The notes beneath the pieces are model-generated. The model was not told the origin of the DNA and made no database searches. It saw only the letters and a program-made list of their open reading frames with translations. 64,000 nt of DNA from Octopus vulgaris (taxonomy: Eukaryota), in contig OX597814.1 in assembly GCA_951406725.2 (NCBI GenBank), positions 51,646,001 through 51,710,000 on the forward strand, read 5' to 3'. This document shows, one piece after another, positions 50,166 to 64,000 of this stretch; the first letter of the stretch is position 1; each line of letters starts with the position of its first letter. Both the position numbers and the translations under genes were made by a program.

Positions 50166-51894
50166 CTATAAATTTTTAGTGTAATATATGGATTCATAGA
50201 ATTGTGTTGCTGTCACAGAAAGTTCATAGCAGACCTCATAGTAAACCAATATGGAGGAGTATAAGGCAAAGTACTATGCAGCTGAAATCCAAGAGATCCA
50301 ATCAATGAGATTATTTCACAAGGACTATATAAACCATAGAAAGTCAGGAGGTTTGAGAGGAGAACATATTTAGTTAAGAACTTGTCATCCTTAGGATTAG
50401 GACTGTGAAATAGCCATAATCTCAAGGATGACAAATGGTTGAATAAATATGTTTACCTCTCATACCTCCTGACTTTTTATGGCTTAAACACACACACACA
50501 CACGTATATATTAACTGGCACTCTGTTGGTTACGATAATAAGTGTTCTAGTTGATCTGATCAACGGAACAGTTTCTTGTGAAATTAACATGCAGGTGGCT
50601 GAGCACTCCACAGACACACATATCCTCGACACAGTTCTCCAAGAGATTCAGCATGACACAGAATGTGACAAGACTGGCCCTTTGAAATACAGGTACTACT
50701 CGTTTTTGGCAGGTGAGTGGACTGGAGCAACATGAAATATAGTGTTTTGCTCAAGGATACAATCCATGGCCAGGAATTGAACTTACGACCTTATGTATGA
50801 TCATGAGCCAAATATCCTAACTATTAAGTCATGCACCTTCACTATATATATATATCAATCATTGTCGTCGTCATCGTCATCATTGTCGTTTAACATCACA
50901 TATACAGATACTAGGATTGCCACAATAATATAATTTGAAAAGATTTCTCATGCTCATATTGAAAAGTTTTTTCTGTTTACACTGGGCAAGCAAGGCAGCA
51001 AAGTTTTTGGTCCCACTGTAAGCACATTTTATGTTATTTTTCTTGAAGATGTTATGATGACAATGATCTAAGGGAAAATAGTTTATTTAACAGAAAGACC
51101 TCGTGATATTAGATTGAATAGTTAGTTAGGCTTGAGAGAGGATTGTAGTATATAATTAATGTTTTCTATTTTGCATTTTTTAATGTTAGGTTCTGTATGC
51201 AACATATTCTATCTTTGAAGCCCCTATCTTTAAATGTTTCGTTGTAATAATAAGCACAATCAAGGGATTCCTTATCTGAGAGTATTCTGAATATTTATAT
51301 ACGAATGTACAAACTAATTTTGTTGGGGTTACTATCTTAATCATCACTAAAACTTCATCCACAAAAGTCACTTTCTTTAGTTGGAGAAGATGTATTGAAG
51401 ATCAAAATTTTAACACAAATTCTTATAGTACTACAAGTTACTTCCCTTGAAATAAATGCTTATAGATAAAACAGATTAGAGCAGCCGTAAATTCTTGCAT
51501 TATAATTAAGCATCTAATGTATCTTTTTCAGTTGTACCAAATTCCATTCTGTCAAACAACAGTTAGTAATGGTAGGAGATAACGTAGGAGGAGATAGTAT
51601 CAGAAAGACAGTGAAAGAGGGAGAGGTGAGCATGTGTGAGACTAGGAGTTGTAACTACAATATCAACCAAAAGAGCAGATGACATATTTTTGGTATATTG
51701 CTTGTGTAAAATATTTCAGGCATAGCTGTGTGGTAAGAAGCTCGGTTCTCAACCACATGGTTCTGGGTTCAGTCCCACTGCATAGTACTTTGGGTAAGTG
51801 TCTTCTACTTAGGGTAAGTGTCTTCTACTTAGGGTAAGTGTCTTCTACTCAGGCCAACCAAAGCCTTGAGAGTGGATTTGGTAGATGATATATA

Positions 51895-51897
51895 TAT

Positions 51898-51968
<71 letters not shown>

Positions 51969-54247
51969 TGTTAAACGTCCGTTTTCCATGTTGGCATGAG
52001 TTGGATGGTTTGACTGGAGACTGGCAAGTCAGGAGGTCACACCAGGCTCCAATCTGATCTGGCAAATTTTCTACAGCTGGGTGCCCTTCCTAATGCCAAC
52101 CACTCCAAGAGTGTAGTGGGTGCTTTTTACGTGACCCTGGCATGGGAGCCAGTCAGGTGGCATGGGAGCCAGTCAGGTGGCATGGGAGCCAGTCAGGTGA
52201 CATGGGAGCCAGTCAGGTGGCATGGGAGCCAGTCTGGTGGCACTGGCATCGGCCACAACTACAATTTCCATTTGATTATGATTTGATCTTTGATTTTGAT
52301 TTTGATTTTAATTTTACTTGACTCAATAGGTCTCCTCAAGCACAGTGTGTCACCTGACGACTCTAAGGTATTTTTGAAATGGGCTGGTTATGCGACACTG
52401 GTGTAGGCTATGGCTATAATCTCACTTTACTTGCCAGGTCTTCTCAATCACAGCATATCTCTAGAGATCTCGGTCTTTCGTCATTGCCTCTGTAAGGCCC
52501 AACATTCGAATGTCATGCTCCATCACCTCATCCCATGTATTCCTGGGTCTCCCTCTCTATGGGTTCCTTCCACTATTAGGGAGTGACAATTCTTCACACA
52601 GCTCTCCTCATCCATATGCAGCACATGACCATACCAGCGCAGTCGTCTCTCTTGCACACCACATCTGATGCTTCTTATGTCCAACATTTCTCTCAGTGTG
52701 CTTACACTCTGTTGTGTGTGCACACTGACATTACACATCCAGTGGATCACACTAGCATCATTTCCTTCAAGTCTATGCATGTCTTCAGCAATCACGGCCC
52801 GTGTTCCACTGCTGTGTAGCATGGCAGTTTACACATATGCATCATATAATCCACCTTTCGCTCTGAATGAGAGGCCCTTTGTCACCAGTAGAGGTAGGAG
52901 CTTTCTGAACTTTGCCCAGGCTATAGTTATTCTAGTGGCAACGCTCTCCGAGCATCCCCCACCATTACAGACTTGGTCATCTAGGTAGCTGAAACTATCA
53001 ACTACTTCTAGTTTCTCCCCCTGGCATGTGATGGAATCAGTTTTCTAAGCATGTGCAGTGTATATTGCCCCTGTGCAGCTGCCACACACAAAAGCTATCT
53101 TCCCAGTTAACCTTCTTTTGATGTTGCTGCACCTCTTATGCATCCATGGCTTACATTAAGTACATCTTATAGAGTTTCTACCTACACCTTCTCTACAGAT
53201 CAAGCAGGGCCATCTACCTGAAGGGGTTTATGATACGTTCGCCTTCCTACTTACTAGGACTTTGGTTTTTGCAACATTGACTCTAAGGCCCTTTGATTCT
53301 AAACTTTACTTCCACACCTAAAATTTCTTCTCTAGTTCTGGTAGTGATTCTGCTATGAGAGCCAGGTCATCAGCATAGAGGAGCTCCCAATAGCAACCTG
53401 TCTTGAATTCCTCTGTTATTGTCTGGAGGACTATGACGAATAAGGGGGTGCTGAGGGCTGATCTTTGCCTGGAATTCTTCACTATACTCATTGTTGGCCC
53501 TTACCTTACTAACAGCATCCCTGTACAGGTCTTATTAACCATTCGTCAATCCCCACAGATTGGTGGGGGGCCTTGTCAAAAGCTTTCTCCAAATCAACAA
53601 AAGCCAAGTATAGGGGATTATCTTTGGCTAAGTATTTCTCCTGCAGTTGCTGTAACAAGGAATATAGCATCAGTGGTGCTTCTACCCGGCACAAAACTGA
53701 ACTGCATATCATCTAAGCAAGCTCTCTCTCTATTGAGAAAGGCTATGTCCCTCTCTGTGACCTTCATCACCTGATCCAGCAGTTTGATACCCCTGTAGTT
53801 ATTTCTATCTAGAGCATCACCTTTACCCTTGTATCAGTTGACTATGGTGCTGCTACACCAGTCATTGGGTATGACTCCATCATGAACTACCTGCTTTACA
53901 ATACGGGTGACTGGACCATAGCTCACACTACCAGATGTTTTAAGCATCTCAGCAGTGATTCCTGATGGGCGGGTGGCTTTTCCTAGTTTCATACCCTTAA
54001 TCACTTTTTCTACCAGGGTGCTGTCTATTCGGATAGCTGGTTCCTCTACTGGGTCAACATTTGGCAGGCTCTCCTCCCCACATTCATAATGTCTTTCATA
54101 ATGGCTTCTCCAAGCCTCTTTCTTTTCAGAATCATTAAAAGCAAGTGCACCATCATCCATGCGGACACATTTCTCTCCTGTGACATCACAATTTTCTCTC
54201 ACACACAGTCTTGCAATCTGAAATACTTCAGTTCTTTGGCCCTCATG
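51895..54247 (-). mobile_element. Longest RTE LINE relic (pre-RT, RT, C-terminus, 3' UTR, (CAT)n tail)
   Basis: GKATRPSGITAEMLK, IPNDWCSS, LAFVDLEKAFD, LYADDL and RRLRWYGHV in broken frames. Confidence 0.88.
52139..52240. repeat. 20-bp tandem repeat, about 5 copies (ggcatgggagccagtcaggt)
   Basis: Directly visible inside an RTE 3' UTR. A separate 20-bp triplication (gggtaagtgtcttctactta) lies at 51792-51850. Confidence 0.9.
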
Positions 54248-54451
54248 AAAATTACTTGAAACAGTTTTTAAAAAATATTTTTTGTTTAATTATTTAAAAA
54301 AAAAAAAGATTTAAATTCTTTATCAAAACATCCCTAACCCTTTTTGGTAGATGTTTCTTTCTAGTGTGTGTGAGTACTTTTGATTATCTTTTCAGACACA
54401 CTTGCTATTTGGATAATATATACATGGTCATGATCCACATGTTCTTGGATA

Positions 54452-54488
<37 letters not shown>

Positions 54489-57400
54489 CATACACATATA
54501 TATGTATATATCTATGTGTGTGTGTCTTTGTGTCTATGTTTGTCCCCTTATCACTGCTTGACAACCAGTGTTGGTGTGTTGCCATCCCCATAACTTAGCA
54601 GTTTGGCAAAAGAGACTGGTAGAATAAGTACTAGGCTTTAAAAAATAAATCCTGTGATTGATTTATTCAACTAAAACCCTTCGAATTGGTGCTCCAGCAT
54701 GGCAGCAGTTTGATTGAAAACTGCTAAGCCAGGGGGCTGCACCAGGTTCCAATTTGATTTGGCAAAGTTTCTATGGTTTGATGCCCTTCCTAATGCCAAC
54801 CACTGAGAGTGTCGTGGGTGATTTTTACATGCCACTGGCGCAGGTACCATTCACTTGACACCAGCATCAGCTACGACTACGGTCTCACTTGGCTTGACAG
54901 GTCTACACAAGCTCAGTATATTACCAACAGTCTTGGTCTCCTGTCACTGCCTCCATGAGGCCCAATGCTCAAACGGTGCTTTAAATGTGTCACCAGCATG
55001 GGTAACAGTCAGATGGCACTGGCATTGGCCACATCTACGATTTCACTGAGCTCAACAGGTCTTCACAAGCACAGCATATCACCCAACGATTGAAGGGTGC
55101 TTTTAATGGGCCAGTTATAAAACACTGCACAAAATAAATCACAAAAATTAGCTGGGTAAGCATTTTATAGTGTTAAAAATTAAAATTCTAAATAACTTTT
55201 ATACCTTACCGTAGACAAGTGTATTCTGTTTTCAGTACTTCCACTATATTCTGCATGAAATGAAGGCATGTGTAAAGTTTTCCAAATATTTGTTTCATGA
55301 AACAACAAAATGGAAGAAAGTAAATAAGCAAAGTAACAATTTAAGTATTTATATAGTGAAAATATAGTTCAACTGAAAATTTTGCTTTTGTAAAATTGTT
55401 TCCCCTTGCACCATAATCAGAGTATTAGTTAAACAGAATTATTTTTATGTGAGGGTGCATGGCTTTGTGGTTAGGGTGTTGCACTCATGATTGCATGATT
55501 GCGGTTTGAATTACTGGCCATGTGGTATGTTGTGATCAAAACACTACATCTCACATTGCTCCGCAATCAACTTGACATCTGATGTGTGGCACACAGCACA
55601 CCTGATCAGGCAAAACTAATTTGATAAAGGTAATGAGCTAATGTACAACACAAACATTTGATCACCAAATTCCACGGAGGTCGACTTGGCCTTTCATCCT
55701 TTCGGGGGTCGATTAAATAAGTATCAGTTATGCACTGGGGTCGATATAATCAACTTAATCCATTTGTCTGTCCATATTTGTCCCCTCTGTGTGTAGCCCC
55801 TTGTGGGCAGTAAAGAAATAAGAATAAACAAATTATTTGTGCAAGTTATTCAGCAAGAAATTGCAAACCTGTCTTTTTATGGACTATGAGAGATTACCAT
55901 CATAAGAGACTACTGGCTGATTGCTGAGCAACGTGAGATGTAGTGTTTTGATCAAGATCACAAAATACCACATGGCCAGTAATTCAAACCACAATCTTGC
56001 AATCATGAGTGCAACACCCTAACCACAATTCCATGCACCCTGACATAAAAATAATTCTGTTTAACTAATACCCTGACAATGGAGTGGGGAGAAAATTTTA
56101 CAAAAGTTAAATTTTCAGTTGAACTATATTTTCACTATATAAATACTCAAATTGTTGCTTTGCTTGTTTACTTTCTTCTATTTTGTTGATTCACGAAACA
56201 AATATTTCATTGTGCTTGTACAAAAAATTTGAAATAAATTCTAATTTTCAAAAAATAAATTTTTAATAAATTCTAATAAGATTCAGTAAAACTAAGCAAA
56301 ATTATCATACGTATGTTTGCAATATATTTGTTCGAGCCATATCAGCAAGGAAAGCAGACATTAAATGATGATGATGTTATCAATAAATTTAAATAGTTTG
56401 TTTATGGTGATCAAATGTTTGCGCTGTACATTAGCTCACTCCCTTTATCAAATTAGTGTTGCCTGAACAAGTTATGTAAATATTACATAACATCAAAACC
56501 ACCCCTTCGATCCACCAATACTCCATTCATAATCTACCCATTCTAATTAAGTTAGATGTTCTTAAAAGCTGGGTCAAGGGTATCTTAGATATACTGTGTT
56601 TTTCCCTCTCTCCCTTTACCATCACTTTCTGTTCTCCTTATTTTCTCTCCTGCTCCTACTACTCCTACTCTCGCACCTTCTTCTCTTCCTTCTTGCTGTT
56701 TTTTTTTTTTTGCTTCTGTTTTGATGTTTTTATTTGGCCAAATGTAGCGTATTTAATTTATGCCATTTTTTCATTAATCTTTATTCTATCAAACCTAGTC
56801 ACATGCTCTCTGGAGCTATGAACTAGTGGTGATAGGACAAATGCTGTGGTACAACAGCTGTGGTAGCAGAACAAATAAAGTAGTAGGCCAAGTATGGTGG
56901 TGAGACAAGTTTGGCTATAGGTCCAATAAGTCACAGACCAAATTCCTCAGTCTTTACAAATGCAATTATATTCACTATTTATCCCTTCACTACAAACACA
57001 CACTGAACTTTGTCCTTTGCACTCATAGGCAACACACACACACAAAAAGAAAAAGTGAATCTGTTAATCTTTTTTTTTTAATACAAAATTTAATCCCATT
57101 TCATGTGTTTACCCCTCCCTCTGCAGCCTGACTTAGTCATCATCTACTCTGAAAACAATTTAAATGCTTTAGTTGAACAAGTTCTTTTCTTTGAGATGAA
57201 AGGTCAATCTCAAAACAAATTCAATCTTCTCTCTTTGGCATATAACCTTAATCAGACTCATGAACATTCACTATTTTCCCTTGTTTTCTCACCACTCATT
57301 ACTGTTTCTTTCCCCATCTATCACACATTCCTCTTTTTGCATGAAGTATACCATAATTTCAATTCTCCTCCTACTCCTACTCAACATACACACACACACG

Positions 57401-58084
57401 TATGCACACGCATGCATGCACACACACACACTCATACGCACATGATGCAAAGGAAGATAAAAAAATAAAATCTAAGGAGACTAGTAGAGGTCTACATCTG
57501 CAAAAACTATATTCGTTTTGCAACTGAAAACAAAGAAAAGCCTTCTATCAGACACCCAAAGAATGTCACAGTCTGAAAAACCATAAACTCTTCCCCAACC
57601 CTCTGCAATGGCACAGGAATTTAAGAAATTTTTACACTTTACCAACATATATATATATATACACATACATACATATATATATCATCATCATCATCGTCAT
57701 TGTTTAACATCCGTTTTCCATGCTAGCATGGGCTGGACAGTTCAACCAGGGTCTGGGAAGAGTTTATGGTATTTCAGACTGTGACATTCTTTGGGTGTCT
57801 GATAGAAGGCTTTTCTTTGTTTTCAGTTACAAAACGAATATAGTTTTTGTAGATGTAGACCTCTACTAGTCTCCTTAGATTTTATTTTTTTATCTTCCTT
57901 TGCATCATGTGTGTATGAGTGTGTGTGTGTGTGCATGCATGCGTGCATGTGTGTGTGTATGTGTTGAGTAGGAGTAGGAGGAGAATTGAAGTTATGGTAT
58001 ACTTCATGCAAAAAGTTGTTTGTTTTTTTTTTGACATACATTCACTGCCTTTATTCGAATTAATTTTGAAAAATCTTGCTTCTC

Positions 58085-59632
58085 ACAATATAGAAACATT
58101 TCTCATGGCTTCAGCAGACAAAATGGAAAAAGTATTACCTTGAAGGATGGCAAGGGAGATGTTCTGGAACAGCCACTCTGACTCACAGATCTTGCACCTG
58201 CAGACAGCCATCTCCACCCTGATAGCGGTGAGCAGAGATATGGTCTGGAGGCCAAGAATGCTGGAGGTCTCCACTGCTACAGGCTCAACCATAAACCAGT
58301 AAGAGAGCAACTGATACCTTGACTGTTTGCTTTTCTCAGCCTAATGAGCAGTGGATCCTGGACTGGTAGCTGATAACACAAAGTTGCCATTGGAGAAAGT
58401 GTCACAGCATGTGGTTTCTATGATGAGGGGCCTGCTGCCATGAAACAGGAAAATTATCATATTGTCAAGCCTTTTACCATCTCCTCACTCTAGCCCTGTT
58501 GGCTTGAGCTGTAAAGGGAAACCTGTGGTGTCTAGGCCAGGCTTTATGATCTTGTTAAGGTCGGCATGGCATAGTAGGCAGCCAGGACTATGACAGTGGG
58601 TGCAGACCAAAAGAATCCATAGTAAATCTGAAGTGACATTCATGAGGCTCACAGATCTGAAGACCAAGCTTCAGAGAAATGCTAATGCACAGCCAGTAGC
58701 TATCATGCTAAGCACCAGTTGTGAGTGATGGCATCACATTGAGCCAAGTTCTGTTACAAGGTTCAGAGGCTGAGCAGAAACATGGCAGACAGTGCTGGTC
58801 AAGTCAGTGCGCTAACACATCTGTGGTCATGCTACACTGGATGGCATCCCATTTCTTTTGAGAGGACTGGACGTCCACAGAGGGGACTGAAGAATGGACA
58901 TCAGTCGGAAGCAGGCTAAGCTGGCTTCATGATGCATAAGCCACCTCGCATTCCCTAATTGCAGATGGTTCAGTTGTGCTATGAAGAACCCTGTTAAGAA
59001 CATGGCAAGAGGTCACTGACAAGAAGAAAGCTGGCAGAGCCAGTGAGACCAAGGATCAAAGGCCAAGGCTGCCATATTTGAGGAGAAAAGTGGCTTGTTG
59101 CCATCCAATGTCATTGAACTAAATATTACATCTCTCTTTGGCAGCCCATTGGAAACAGGCATCAAAATCCATGAGGAGAGATATGTGAATGTTGCAAGAG
59201 GCTCTGTGGAGGGTATATAGCAACTTTGGCATTACAAAGCTGTTCCTTAACAGGAACAGTGTTGGATGGGCATTGATCACCTTCAGTCTGACTATCAATC
59301 TTTCAAGCTGGAGGATTGGCAAACCAAGGATGAGGACATCCTCTTTTGTGGTTGCCTATACCTGGTGCAGTAGTGAAGATACATCCAAGATGGTGACCAC
59401 AAAGCCCTCTGTGTTGTAGTTGACGTTCATGACCTCTCACTTAAACAAGTTTATCTTGAGGCCAATCCCAGCTAAAGCAGGAACCACTTATTGGAGATCA
59501 TGGCAGACACTCTCTACTGGCCCACCTATCATCACATCATTCTAGGCACCAGAGATTGAAAGGAGCCATGATGCTCAGAGCAATGCTGTCCACTCGAAGA
59601 GCAAACAGGAGGAGGCCCAATGGATCACCTTG
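58085..59632 (-). mobile_element. Third and longest CRE-like LINE copy, including part of RT
   Basis: Minus strand gives QGDPLGLLLFAL, AHPTLFLLRNSFVMPKLLYTL and VEPVAVETSSILG...ESEWLFQNISLAILQGNTFSILSA. Confidence 0.75.
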
Positions 59633-60251
59633 CAATCATTACCACAAGTAACAACATCCTCAGCAATTATAGAGTTTGCATGGCTTAAGTGATAACCTGT
59701 TTTATGTTATGATATCTACTTCTTAATAAATTATACCATGTGTGACTAGGACACAAAATATAGTACAGCACTAGTAAGAGGGTTTTAGTTATCAAACGTT
59801 TTGCTGGTTGATTGGTTGGTTTTATGTCAAACCAAACAACTGTAGCTTTGAATATCATGTGAGAAAGAAAAGTTAACAAGACATTCACCTCTATTCTAAC
59901 AATGAAATAATTGTAAATGAAAAAAGGACTTTATTCACTAGTAGTTATTGGTATCAGTACACTAACATTTATCATACAAGTGGTGTCTGTATAGTGATAC
60001 AACTAGTGAAGCAGAAATGTCAATCCATTCTATTCAGTTTGAATTGGTAACAAATGTTTATGATCTCTTTTATTACTTTTGTATTTATTTGTGTTAATAA
60101 TCCTAGATTTTGTTCCCCTGGAAATATAATAGAAATATGTTATAGAAATAAGTTATAGATACACACTCACACTCACCCTATTCTATGTAGTCATTTAACT
60201 TGCTCTGTGTAGCAGTCAAATATAATTCCTTAAAAAAACTACTTAGTGTCT

Positions 60252-60480
60252 TTGACCTTTTAGCATTCAGATTACTCTCTCAAATGTTATGCTTTCTTAA
60301 TCACATTGTTCTGAATTAATCATGCATTATCTCGTAGCTTTGAGATTCTTACAATGTAATTGTTTATTTTATAAAATGACATTATAGAGTAGGTGTGAGA
60401 GACCAGATCTGGCTGGTTTGAACATGGGACTGGTAGAACATTTGGGCTGGACATGGCTGGTATAGATTTTAAAGGATTAA
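60252..60480 (-). mobile_element. Decayed copy of the same piggyBac-type MITE
   Basis: gaccagatctggctggtttgaacat is the reverse complement of sequence inside 10526-10746; ends are degenerate ccttttag and taaaggattaa. Confidence 0.65.
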
Positions 60481-61157
60481 AAAATAGAGGAATAACAAGC
60501 TTTAAATCTTAAATCTCTTGGTAGCATACATTATAATAAAGTTAGGATGATCTCAGCTATAAATTCCAAATAAATGCTTATTCAAAAGTTATACATTTAC
60601 AACAATTACTTGTAAATAATTCAGCAACTGCCAGGCCAATTAGTATTATAAATACATGTGTGTCATGAGTATTTGTGGTCAATAAAATACGATAAACATG
60701 TTCTATAGCTGAATAAATGGAGTAAAAGAAGAAATAAATGAATAAAGTAGATAAAATGCACGAGATAATTAGAAGTCAATAATGTAACTGACCAACTGGT
60801 AAGCAGTTGGAAGTCTATCATTAATACTGCACTGCATCACATACAGTTAGTATTCAATATACTATCATTCTTCTTTTACTTGAATGATTTATTGAAATAT
60901 GGTCATCATATGGGGAATCACCTTGAAGAGTTTTAGTCAAACAAATTGACCTCAGTGCTTATTTTTTAAGTTTGGTACTTATTCTATTGATCTCTTTTGC
61001 CAGACTGCTAAGTTATGGGGATATTAACAAACCGACATTAGTTGTCAAGCAGTATGTGTGTGTAGGGGGAACAAATAGACACACATACACACACACATGA
61101 ACACGCACACATGCGATGGTGCGCGTGCACATATACACACATGCACGCACGCACGTG

Positions 61158-61189
<32 letters not shown>

Positions 61190-64000
61190 ATGGACTTCCA
61201 GACAGTTTCCATGTACCAAATTCACTCACAAGGCATTGGTTGGTTTGGGGCTATAGTAAAGGACACTTGTCCAAGGTGCCATGCAGTAGAACTGAATCTG
61301 AAGCCATGTGGTTGCAAAGCCATATCGGCACCTGTATTGCTGCCGATAGTATCATACAAGTACATAGTCTGTAGGGAGTATATCTTATTAAAGGAAACGG
61401 TATATCCTTTTTCCTGATGTCAACAGAATTATTGTTGATACAAAAAAGTATATAAATAAAACAAATATCAAAACATTAATTAAATTATATCATCATCATC
61501 ATCATCATCAGTAGCAGCAGCAGCAACAAAAGCAACAGTGGTGGTAGCATCATTTCCATGTCTGCTTTCTAAGTAGGCATTGATTGGATGGTTTGACAGA
61601 ATCTAGTGGATCTAGCTCCAGTGTCTCATTTTGGCATGGCTTCAATGACTATTTGCACTTCCTAATGCCAACTACTTTATAGAGTGCACTGCATGCTTTT
61701 TTTCCATGGGATCAGCACTAATGAGGTTGCTTTGTAACTCACAAGACTGATGAGTCACATTTCTTAAGAGGGAGAATAGGGGAGAGAGTGGTTGCTCTAA
61801 GTGAAAGATTGAAAAGTTAATGTATGATAGGAGAAACTGGGTAAGGTTTTTGTAGGGGAGAGTCATAGATATTTTGTAGTATACATAGATGGTGCCACAA
61901 AGAGAGGTGAATAATTTGGTGATGAGGTGTCAGAGGATACCCTCAAGGTAACATGGCCAAGAAGATGAAAAAAAATGAGCACAAAGACAGGAGAATCAGC
62001 AAGGGTGGCTGAGGTCGCAAAGAGGGTGAGGGGAGGGTGAGAGATGGATATAAACATGGGGTGAAGGTAGTATGAAGTATATAGGATGTAAAGTAGAGAA
62101 TGATAAACAGGAGCAGGAGGCAATCATTGATGAATATGAGTGGAATGAAGAACTATAAAGTTAATGGACAAATGTCAGTTGGGAGTACCTTGGAAGAGAA
62201 AGGGTAGTGATTGGCAGGACGAAATTGATGATATGAAATGGTTTTTAGTTTTAGGCTCTTTGTTCATTATTTACGTCCCCCAGAATAAGACAGTAGATAG
62301 GAAAGTGATGGGGGGATTGAGTGATAGAGAGAAGATGGGTGCAATTAAAGGATGCAAGAGTGACAGGGTGGGAGAGTGAGAAATGAATAAAATAGTGGAG
62401 TCAGATAATGGTAAAAATGATGGCAAATATGTGTAGGTAAGGGGAATACATACAGGAATAAAAACATGTAAATAAATGAATAAATAAATAAATATGTATT
62501 ATAATGCAAGTGACTGAGTATTCTACAGATACATACACTTTGTAGTTTTCAGGAAGAATCAATGTGACAAGATTGTCCTTTTCAAATACATGTACAGTCC
62601 ATCTGATAGGCTTACAGTTTCTATCAACCCAATTTCACTCATAAGGCTCAAGCCAACCTGAGTTTGTCATGAAGGATGCTTGCCCAAGATGTCATCTAAT
62701 AGGATTCAAGCTCATGATTGTGAAGTTAACTTCTTAACCACTTGGTTAAGTAAGTGAGAGTTAAGACTTATAGGCAGAAAAAGCTGATAGTGCTAGCCTT
62801 TATTTTTCCTTTAACAGATGATACTAACTTTCATTGAATGCAGTTTATTTATTTATATAAATGTTGGAGTGATCGATGAAATGTTTCAGAATAATGTCAG
62901 TTTCATTTCTACGTCTAAATACTGGCAGAATAATTTTTATCTTGTATTCTGGAATTTATCAAGAAGATTATTATCAAACAGTAGGCTTAATTCAGCTGGT
63001 TATACCCTTCCATTCAAAAATGTAAGACCATGCATCAATATAAAAAAATCATTTGTTTCTAATCATAAGAATACTGAATTAACAGAATCAGTAGAGTACT
63101 GAACCAAAATGTGTTGGTGATTGTTATATCTCTATGTTCAGTTTCAAATGAGGTTAACTTTGCTTTCATTCCTTAGGAGGTAGATAAAATAATTAACAGC
63201 CAAGTACTGGATTCAATATGATTGACTGTTCCGCCCAGCCATCAAATATTGGATTGTGTCTATGTTACAAACCATTAATTATTAACATATGAATTTAGAA
63301 TTTCTCTAAGGAATATATACATCATATATTCATATCTCTACTTTCTATACAATTGCCTACCCACGAAATATTTGACCTTGTATCTGAGTTAGAAACCATT
63401 ACTTATAGACATAAGAATTTAAGATTTCTCAATGGAATATACCCTTCATTTATTTATTTTTCTGTTTCCTATACAACTTTCTATTCAATTGTTTTAATCA
63501 GATAAAAACTGGATAAGTCCATTTTAATGTTAAAACTTCATTTCTATATTTTTCTTTTGTGTTTGTAGCTTTTAGCATTTTGAATTAAAACTCTCAAACG
63601 TGTATAGGTCAATTTGAAGAGATATAAGAAATTTGATATACTAGTCTACCATGTGATGTTGTTGTGAGAGTAGCTTTTCTTCAATGAATAAAGTTCAGAG
63701 TCTGCTCTGGAATTTCGTTGAACAAGGAAATAACTGTCAGAAACTTCAGCAAGCATAGCATACTTTTACCATTTTCAAAAAATTCTCACATCAAGCAGAG
63801 AATTTAGGATACGCTATACATTTACAAGTAGTAAACATGTCTGTATATGTATATATGTATGTACGTATGTATGCATGCTTGTATTCATATATGTATACAC
63901 ATGTGTATGTTTGTGTATGTGTATGTATGTATCTATGTATTTATGTATGAAATATATATACAAGAAATTGTAGTATGTATGCATGTATATATGTTCTTTT

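Overview
AT-rich, repeat-dense eukaryotic DNA. The SINE/LINE complement suggests a cephalopod, probably Octopus (inference). One host gene is supported: five + strand coding exons (6213-16946) of a lysosomal phospholipase A2 (PLA2G15, LCAT family) with an intact Ser-Asp-His triad. Its first exon is not visible and probably lies upstream of the window. The rest is transposon relics: RTE-clade LINEs with (GAT)n tails, three CRE-like LINE copies, a long-TIR mariner, piggyBac- and hAT-type MITEs, at least three tRNA-derived SINE families, and many microsatellites. The most interesting signal is not in the ORF track. About eight type-I hammerhead ribozyme motifs (CUGANGA...GAAA...NUH) from several unrelated sequence families sit in short non-coding elements. 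Most lie beside (TA)n tracts and are arranged as fold-backs or tandem-plus-inverted units, and several have 55-100 nt stem II insertions. This points to non-autonomous Penelope-like or retrozyme-like mobile RNAs. All folds and alignments were done by eye; no activity is demonstrated.
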